DNA from: Planctomycetota bacterium
Lineage (GTDB): Bacteria > Planctomycetota > UBA11346
Assembly: GCA_027859175.1 (NCBI GenBank)
Contig: JAQIBG010000084.1
Location: 1 to 61,235 of the forward strand
DNA length: 61,235 bases
Reading direction: 5' to 3'
Shown: positions 55,701 to 61,235 of the stretch, in pieces
Layout of the letters: each line of letters begins with the position of its first letter
Position numbering within the stretch: the first letter of the stretch is position 1
The notes under the pieces: model-generated
Database searches by the model: none
What the model saw: only the letters and a program-made list of their open reading frames with translations
What the model was told of the DNA's origin: nothing
Position numbers and translations under genes: made by a program

Positions 55701-57275
55701 CTGGCGCTTGCCATCCCACTCTTCGCGCTGGGCGCTGAGCGTGGCGACCACGTCTTCGCTGCCACTGCGTGCTTGGGTGAGCTCGTCTTTCAGCTCCGAG
55801 ATCGCGTCGTGCGCCGCTTCACTTTCGATCTTGAGACCGCTGAGCTCGCCGCGCAGCTCACTGATGATGCCGGCCTGCCCAGAGCGCTGCTGGTCACCAG
55901 AGGCAAGCTGCTCCTGATGATTCTGCTCATTCGCTGCCAGGGCCTGTTCAGCCTTCTCGCGCTGCTGCTCGCTACGCTCGAGCTCGAGGCGGAGCTGAGC
56001 AATCTCACCCTCGCACTCGTCGATACGCGCACGTAGGCCCAGAATCTCGTGGTCGAGGGCTTCGATGCGTTCGTCAGCGCCGCCCGCAGCCGCGCTCATA
56101 CTCGCGATTTGCTCCTCGGCCGCGGCCTTGGCCGTCGCCAACTCGGCCTCAAGCTCGGCCAGGCGCACGCGCGCCTGCTCAAGCTCGCTGCCCACGGCCT
56201 GGGAGGCGGATTCAACTGCCGCCAACTTGCCCTGACTCGCGGCCTTGGCGCCGCGTAGCTCGTCAACGGCTGCATTGGCAGCGCCGAGTTCGGTTTCCAA
56301 GCCGGCAATGCGCGCGGCGGCCTCAGACGAAGCGCTGCCGCTGGTGCCCAAGGTGGCGAGCAGAGCCATCAGAGCACCCTCGGCGCACGACAACACGCTG
56401 GCCATATCTTCGTTACGACCCAGAGCCTCACGCAGCTCGTCCATCGCCACGCCAGCCTCGTCGCCCTGACTCAGCAACTCGCCGGCGAGTGAGCGCGCTT
56501 CAGCACAATCGGTCCGCCGACCCTGGCACTCGTGATCGAGTTCAACTTGCAGCTGGGCGATTTGATAGCGTGCCGCGTCTTGCTGGTTGGCGTGCTCCTC
56601 TTGCAGCCCCACCAATTCGGCCCGCAAGGCCATCAACTCAGACTCAGCCCGCTCCATTTCCGAGCGGGCGGTTTCGACGACGTCGGCCGGGTTGGCCTTG
56701 AGCTCTTCGAGCTCGTCTTCCGCCATCGATCGCACTTCGTCGGCCTGCTCCACCATCGACAGCAGTGCCTTGAGGCGGCCGGCGGTTCGGGTGATTACAC
56801 CCTCGCACTCGGCAACCAGGGCCACGGCCTCATTGAGGCAGGCATAGGGATTGTTTTCAGGGAAGGTGTGGGGCTGGAAGCTGGAGATATCCGGCGGTAG
56901 ACCCACCGCCTCCAAGCCATGCCGCTCCAAGTCGATGGAGCGGTCGCGCAAGGACTCCATCACCGTCACCAGATCGTGGATGCCGTCGCGCAGCACCGGC
57001 GAGTCGGCGAAGGCGCCAGCGCCCACCAGCTCTTCGGCCAAATGCGCTGCCACTTCGCGCGCCACCACCAAGTCGCCAAAGATATCACCTTCGGTGGCTT
57101 GGGCCCAAAAACGATCGCCGAAGTAATCATGATCGATCCCGCGAATCACGTTCACGAGGTCGGCGTTCTGGGTCAGGTTCTGGGCCAGCCGCTTGCGCAT
57201 GTTGGCCAGATCCTCACGAATCCGGTCACGTTCGTCCTGGGTTTGAGCCAGCTTAGTCGCGAGATCCTCAGTCAT
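52761..57275 (-). CDS. 1504-aa acidic extended coiled-coil protein
   Basis: AGGAG upstream; continuous A/E/L/Q/R heptads; no Walker A, signal peptide or TM seen. Confidence 0.85.
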   Translation of the reverse strand: MTEDLATKLAQTQDERDRIREDLANMRKRLAQNLTQNADLVNVIRGIDHDYFGDRFWAQATEGDIFGDLVVAREVAAHLAEELVGAGAFADSPVLRDGIHDLVTVMESLRDRSIDLERHGLEAVGLPPDISSFQPHTFPENNPYACLNEAVALVAECEGVITRTAGRLKALLSMVEQADEVRSMAEDELEELKANPADVVETARSEMERAESELMALRAELVGLQEEHANQQDAARYQIAQLQVELDHECQGRRTDCAEARSLAGELLSQGDEAGVAMDELREALGRNEDMASVLSCAEGALMALLATLGTSGSASSEAAARIAGLETELGAANAAVDELRGAKAASQGKLAAVESASQAVGSELEQARVRLAELEAELATAKAAAEEQIASMSAAAGGADERIEALDHEILGLRARIDECEGEIAQLRLELERSEQQREKAEQALAANEQNHQEQLASGDQQRSGQAGIISELRGELSGLKIESEAAHDAISELKDELTQARSGSEDVVATLSAQREEWDGKRQELIEKLAAAEADGAALRERLEGTETARDTLRVERDAAQARCGELEQELAAAGEQRAAVQAQLDSLRSEYEALQGRVAEQEQATAAAASAHEDALAALDLELEEAHDTLSAAQARCTELESELGSVRESADGADRVRADTAERLADAETRVATLEAELESGRKATAGVEQERGDLGEQLATAQAEVESLRAGLDESRDAAEGASQARTELADQLAAAQLELEQLQASVEETRTAAEAAERARTATADQLAAAQASGERRSSEHQELIESLRERLAEQEATATALEDASKGIAAELEAERAGVAEQRQLITQLEERIAVLGTEADAYEQAASALRQERGDAQTMVTELRGQLEVQAAALHATAAERDGLKSQLDEARGSADDKTARLNESIEQLRADIAQHERAAEELQAAADAAHERLTALTTREAELQGELAAAHAQRDALKQQLASGEAEVAALTASVAERDAELETLQREHGERGEQVAGLERDMAALRAGQEELQRKRSETASELEIHRAKAEQLARSETEREQLREQLAVAEQQLSEHSSQAKDAQGALEAMRQETELVRSSAEALEATRTELEDQLASQSKHVADLQQRIQVVQGQRDEAAAKRDDVAGKRDALQAELDELRSNAEAQGASASEQAAELAQQRARIEQLETELNAAVAQAEEHVAQVRSESAEQIATLEKRLAETDADAARLADVEAELERSGAEAAERVERIAELETQLTAIDESGADSDKLAQQVAGANEVIDKLRAELETARARFNTVIEERDRLANQVAAVNTRAERAETAHGDLEQQLAELDAERQKLDQRVAAAEDNGEERVKTFRRLSEVEGEAASMRSRLEQVEGERDELASALQQARSASAVEASSELLAELEAERNSLLAEKEKLEAELAEVHQAHRKDKNPMAKLAAANRREREETSLESRFKEREALMRQLVLDAKTAVEKARADMEQRDALSREVIQDLLAQVAEFEAKQD

Positions 57276-57423
57276 GACGCTCGGCTCACCGTTCTCCTGG
57301 TAACACGCCCGCTACTCCGAGTCGATCGAAGCCTTACGGGGAGGTCACAGTGGAGCCATATGGTGCATGTGAAAGCCCGGTCGCAAGAGTCGAGCTTCGC
57401 CATCCGGACTAGGCGTGCGCCCC

Positions 57424-59526
57424 TCACCCGCCACGCCGGCGACGTCGGGGCTTGCGCAGCGGGGTAAAGGCCCGTCGCTCGGCCTCGTCAGCGTCGGCCG
57501 GTGCCTGCTGGAGCTGGGCCAGAAGCTGATCCTGAGCCTTACGGCGGGGCTCGTTAGCGGCCGGAACCCGGCGCCGATAACTGCCGTCGCTCTGCATGTC
57601 ACGGGCCGAGCAGTTGTCTTTCAGGAACAAGCTGAGCAAATCGGCCAGTTGGGCCTGCAAAGCGGGCTCGGTTATCGTGACCATGCTCTCAATGCGCCGA
57701 TCGAGGTTGCGACCCATCCAGTCGGCCGAGGCAATCGCATACACCGGCTCGCCGGCATTGGCGAAGTGGTAGATGCGGCTGTGCTCCAAAAATCGCCCGA
57801 CCACCGAGATAACCCGGATGTTCTCAGACAGGCCCGGCACCCCGGCCCGCAAAATGCACATCCCGCGCACAATCAGATCAACCTGCACCCCAGCCTGGGA
57901 CGCTGCGTACAGCTCGTCACAGATGCCGGTATCCACCAAGGAGTTGAATTTGGCGATGATACGGCCGCTGCGGCCGGCCTTGGCGTGTTCGGCCTCGCGT
58001 TGAATCCAGGTATTGAACTGGGCGCGCATACTGCGCGGCGCCACCGCCAAACGCTCCCACTCACGCGGAATCGCAAAGCCCGTCAACACGTTGAACAGAT
58101 CAGCCACATCACGACCAACGGCCTCATTGGTGGTCAGCAGACCGATATCGGTGTAGAGATTGGCGGTCTTGTCGTTGTAGTTGCCGGTGCCAAGGTGGCA
58201 GTAGCGGCGCAGGCCGTCTTCATCGCGCCGAATGATCAGCAACAACTTGGCGTGGACCTTGTAGCCCAACAGACCGTAAACCACGTGGGCGCCGGCCTGC
58301 TCCAGGCGCCGCGCCCACTGAATGTTGGCCTCTTCGTCAAAGCGCGCCTTGAGCTCCACCAGCACCGTGACCTGCTTACCGGCGCGAGCCGCCCGCATCA
58401 GGGCCGCCACCACCGGCGAACGACCCGACACCCGGTACAGGGTCTGCTTGATCGCCAGTACGTCGGGGTCTTCGGCGGCGCGCTCGACCAATTCAACGAT
58501 CGGCTGGAAGCTGTCGAAGGGATGGTGGACCATCGTGTCACCCGAGCGCATCGCCGCGAACGGGTCTTCGCGCCACACCTCAGACGGCACGCGCGGCGTG
58601 AAGGGCGGGTCCATCAGGTCAGCGCGCGGCAATAGACCGGCAACCCCAAACAGGAAGGTCAGATCCAGCGGACCTTCAATTGACACCAAGTCTTCCGCGT
58701 CGAGCTCCAAGGCCTGCATCAGCCATTCGCGTAGCGGGGCTGGGGCATCGTGCTGCAACTCGAGACGTACCGCGGGGCCGAAGGCGCGCTGGCGCACCTC
58801 TTCTTCCATCTCCTGCAAGAAGTTGGTGGCGTCTTCCTCGTCGATCTCAAGCGACCCATCCCGCGTCAAACGGAAGGTGCCAGTCATGGCGATGGTGCGC
58901 CCGGGGAACAAGCTGCCAAGGAACTGCTCAACCACATCTTCGGCGATGGCGTAGCGACCGGGTTCACCCGGCAGCGCAAACAGCCGCCGCTTGATCGGCA
59001 CCGTCACCAAGGCACGCAGCGGTTGCTCGCCGTCGGGATGATCAAGCAACACGCCGATGTGCAAACCACCACCCGACAACAAGGGGAAGGGTCGGGTGGG
59101 GTCAACCGCCAGCGGCGTGCAGGTAGGCTCAATGCGGCTGCGATACAGAGCACCCATCGCGGCCCGGTCTTGCTTGCCCCACTCGGCCAGCGGCACGATG
59201 CAGAAACCCTCATCGCGCAAGCGCGGCTCAACCTCGTCGCGCCAGCAGCGGTACTGATCGGCCACCAAGAGTTGGACCTGCTCGCGCACTCGCTCCAACT
59301 GCTGGGGCGGCGTCAAGCCGGCCGGATCCTTGGCTGACAACTTACGGCGATTGCGCAATTCCGCCAAACGCACCATCACGAACTCGTCAAGGTTCGAGGT
59401 CACAATTGCCAAAAATTTGGCCCGCTCGATCAGCGGGTTCTCGGTGCCCTGCGCTTCCTCAAGGACGCGCCGATTGAAAGCCACCCAGGTCAGCTCGCGG
59501 TTAAAATATTTGGCGCCATCAGGCAT
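57424..59526 (-). CDS. ppk1: Polyphosphate kinase 1
   Basis: YFNRELTWVAFNRRVL, SNLDEF, HHPFDSF, IKQTLYR, ELKARFDEEAN, KVHAK, GTGNYN, GRFLEHSR, SADWMGRNL. Confidence 0.97.
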   Translation of the reverse strand: MPDGAKYFNRELTWVAFNRRVLEEAQGTENPLIERAKFLAIVTSNLDEFVMVRLAELRNRRKLSAKDPAGLTPPQQLERVREQVQLLVADQYRCWRDEVEPRLRDEGFCIVPLAEWGKQDRAAMGALYRSRIEPTCTPLAVDPTRPFPLLSGGGLHIGVLLDHPDGEQPLRALVTVPIKRRLFALPGEPGRYAIAEDVVEQFLGSLFPGRTIAMTGTFRLTRDGSLEIDEEDATNFLQEMEEEVRQRAFGPAVRLELQHDAPAPLREWLMQALELDAEDLVSIEGPLDLTFLFGVAGLLPRADLMDPPFTPRVPSEVWREDPFAAMRSGDTMVHHPFDSFQPIVELVERAAEDPDVLAIKQTLYRVSGRSPVVAALMRAARAGKQVTVLVELKARFDEEANIQWARRLEQAGAHVVYGLLGYKVHAKLLLIIRRDEDGLRRYCHLGTGNYNDKTANLYTDIGLLTTNEAVGRDVADLFNVLTGFAIPREWERLAVAPRSMRAQFNTWIQREAEHAKAGRSGRIIAKFNSLVDTGICDELYAASQAGVQVDLIVRGMCILRAGVPGLSENIRVISVVGRFLEHSRIYHFANAGEPVYAIASADWMGRNLDRRIESMVTITEPALQAQLADLLSLFLKDNCSARDMQSDGSYRRRVPAANEPRRKAQDQLLAQLQQAPADADEAERRAFTPLRKPRRRRRGG

Positions 59527-61067
59527 TAGTCATCCCCTCGCGGCTTCAGCACCACGTCGAGTCCGTACACGTCGCGGAATAGCGTGCTCTTGTCTTCCAC
59601 CGACCAGCTCTCGAGTGCAATCTCGCGACGATCGGCCTCCAGCACTACCCGATCGTCGACTAGGTTGCAGCGCACCTTGCGGATGCGCTGAGCGCGTTCC
59701 ACATCAAGCGCGTAGGCCACGCGCAAAATCGCCGCTAGATGGCTGATCACCACCCGCGTGGTCCGCGGCAAGCGTTGAAACTCATTGTGGCTCGACTTGG
59801 GGGCCGAACGCCGGTGATAGCGCGCCACATGCGCCACAACGGCTTTCTCGACCTGAGACAGGCCGGCGATATCGGCGGCGTTGATCAAATAGAAGCTGTG
59901 CTTGTGACGCGACCGCACATTAATGAATGCGCCCACGTCATGGACCCAGGCCGCGAACTCGAGCAAGGTACGCTGCCGCTCACCGAGATGGTGCAACTCC
60001 TTGGTTTGATCAAATATCTGCACCGCCAACGATGCCGTGTTCTCAGCGTAACGCAGATTCATCCCGTAACGCCGGCTCAGCTCGCGGGCCGCCGCGATCA
60101 ATTGTGCACGCCCCAGATGGTGCGGCCCCTGGGCACCCGGCAAACAGTCAGCCAGCATGCCGTCGCGCAGGCGCAACTGAGGCACCAAGGCCGACTCAAC
60201 GCCAGTGCGGGCCATGACATGACGCAGCAGGCTGGCGCAGAGCATCAGCAAGCCGGCATCGTGGATGCTCGCGCCGCACTTGGCAGCGCGCCCGGGAGCA
60301 TTCAAGGCCAGCATATCGACCCACCACGCCTCAACTGCGGCACGCTCGATGACGCCAATGTTGCCGAGATCAGCCGACCCGCCGCCCGACTCGCGCAGCA
60401 AGCGGTGCAAATCGCGCATTTCGTTACCGGCCATGACCAAATTTGAGATCCGGGTACGCGGCAGCCGCGTCAGAATCATTTGCACCGCGCCTGCGGTGAT
60501 ACGATCAACCGCGTTGGCATAATCGCCAGAATCGCGCAGGCTGGAGAAATTACTTAAGACCCGCTCGGTGCCAAAGTGCTCGTCAACCGCGTGCACCAAG
60601 CGCCCGTTCTTGATCATCGCGATCACCGAGGTGCCGCTGCCAACATCCATCAACAACGCGCTACCGCGCAGGCGCTCGTTTTGCTTGGCCAGCAAGGGGC
60701 GCAGCGCGCCATGATACAAGCGCGCCTCTTCGCCGCTGTCGATAACGTCAACGGCAACGCCATACTCGGCGCGCAGGCGCTCAACCAACACGTCGCTGTT
60801 CACGGCCTCGCGCAGGGCTGCGGTGCCCACCGCGTGGATCAACTCAACGCCATAGCCACGGCCCACAGCGATGATGTCTTCAATCGCCTGTGCTACCGCA
60901 TCCATCGCGGCACGGTCAAGCCGGCCGCCTGCCAAACCGCCGGTCAAATCGACCTCGCGAACCAAGTCTTCCAGAATGCAACTGCGCTGGCCTGGGCCCA
61001 CCTCGGCCACGTAGGCGCGCACCGCGGATGAGCCACAATCGATCAGCAAAACCGGGTGGCCGCTCAT
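59526..61067 (-). CDS. ppx: Ppx/GppA exopolyphosphatase with C-terminal HD domain
   Basis: IDCGSSAVR, GTAALREAVN, SGEEARL, DVGSG, LRDG, VHDVG, RHKHSFYLI, ARYHR. Confidence 0.88.
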   Translation of the reverse strand: MSGHPVLLIDCGSSAVRAYVAEVGPGQRSCILEDLVREVDLTGGLAGGRLDRAAMDAVAQAIEDIIAVGRGYGVELIHAVGTAALREAVNSDVLVERLRAEYGVAVDVIDSGEEARLYHGALRPLLAKQNERLRGSALLMDVGSGTSVIAMIKNGRLVHAVDEHFGTERVLSNFSSLRDSGDYANAVDRITAGAVQMILTRLPRTRISNLVMAGNEMRDLHRLLRESGGGSADLGNIGVIERAAVEAWWVDMLALNAPGRAAKCGASIHDAGLLMLCASLLRHVMARTGVESALVPQLRLRDGMLADCLPGAQGPHHLGRAQLIAAARELSRRYGMNLRYAENTASLAVQIFDQTKELHHLGERQRTLLEFAAWVHDVGAFINVRSRHKHSFYLINAADIAGLSQVEKAVVAHVARYHRRSAPKSSHNEFQRLPRTTRVVISHLAAILRVAYALDVERAQRIRKVRCNLVDDRVVLEADRREIALESWSVEDKSTLFRDVYGLDVVLKPRGDD

Positions 61068-61234
61068 GCCGCACCCTGGCCGACCAAGGCGCGCGCGGCT
61101 ACGGCGGCGCCGGCTGCCACCGCGTAGTCACCAAGCTGCGCCAGCTTCACGCTCGCGCCGGCCTCAGCGAAGAACACCTGCTCGGCCATCACCGCATCAA
61201 CTTCGGCTTTGAGCTCAGCGCCCAAGGCCGCAAA
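61064..61234 (-). CDS. ROK family sugar kinase, C-terminal fragment (gene extends beyond the window)
   Basis: Not in the ORF track. Manual translation FAALGAELKAEVDAVM...AQLGDYAVAAGAA..GAA* resembles the ROK LGxxAxxxGAA motif; ATGA overlap with ppx. Confidence 0.7.
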   Translation of the reverse strand, partial: FAALGAELKAEVDAVMAEQVFFAEAGASVKLAQLGDYAVAAGAAVAARALVGQGAA

Positions 61235-61235
61235 C

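Noticed and set aside
52761-57275. SMC/SbcC call for the coiled-coil protein
   Set aside because: No Walker A/B, ABC signature or hinge motif visible

Overview
GC-rich bacterial window, most likely from the PVC superphylum (Planctomycetota-like). That assignment is inferred from a DUF1559-type prepilin-like gene, a DWG-type Ser/Thr kinase and a MoxR/DUF58/BatA/VWA/prenyltransferase-repeat cluster. The left part (1-18 kb) is a carbohydrate-use region: AraC regulators, an apparently decaying GH4 / AraC / frameshifted Omp85-like cassette, a propeller hydrolase-like gene, a divergent pair of large secreted CAZyme-like genes, a URO-D-like gene and a prepilin-like gene with LacI-type operators. Housekeeping genes follow (nadC, family 4 UDG, dprA, a ThiD-like kinase). 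The centre is a tightly coupled 11-gene, ~21 kb minus-strand operon (45500 to 24481). It encodes a MoxR AAA+ ATPase, three VWA proteins, two DUF4175-like proteins, an alpha/alpha-barrel protein, a HEAT + jelly-roll protein, a 1948-aa beta-propeller/CBM9-like/PA14 protein, an uncharacterised secreted protein and a mutarotase-like protein. This operon is the best candidate for an uncharacterised envelope system linked to glycan handling. Upstream of it lie thpR, a membrane Ser/Thr kinase and a LacI regulator. The right end has an orphan eboA, a sigma54-type EF-hand gene, a 1504-aa coiled-coil protein and a ROK-ppx-ppk1 operon. Five intergenic elements share one architecture: 7-8 nt tandem-repeat arms in inverted orientation, built from different unit sequences. 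I recognised no tRNA, rRNA, CRISPR array or transposase. All calls come from reading motifs by eye; no database searches were run.
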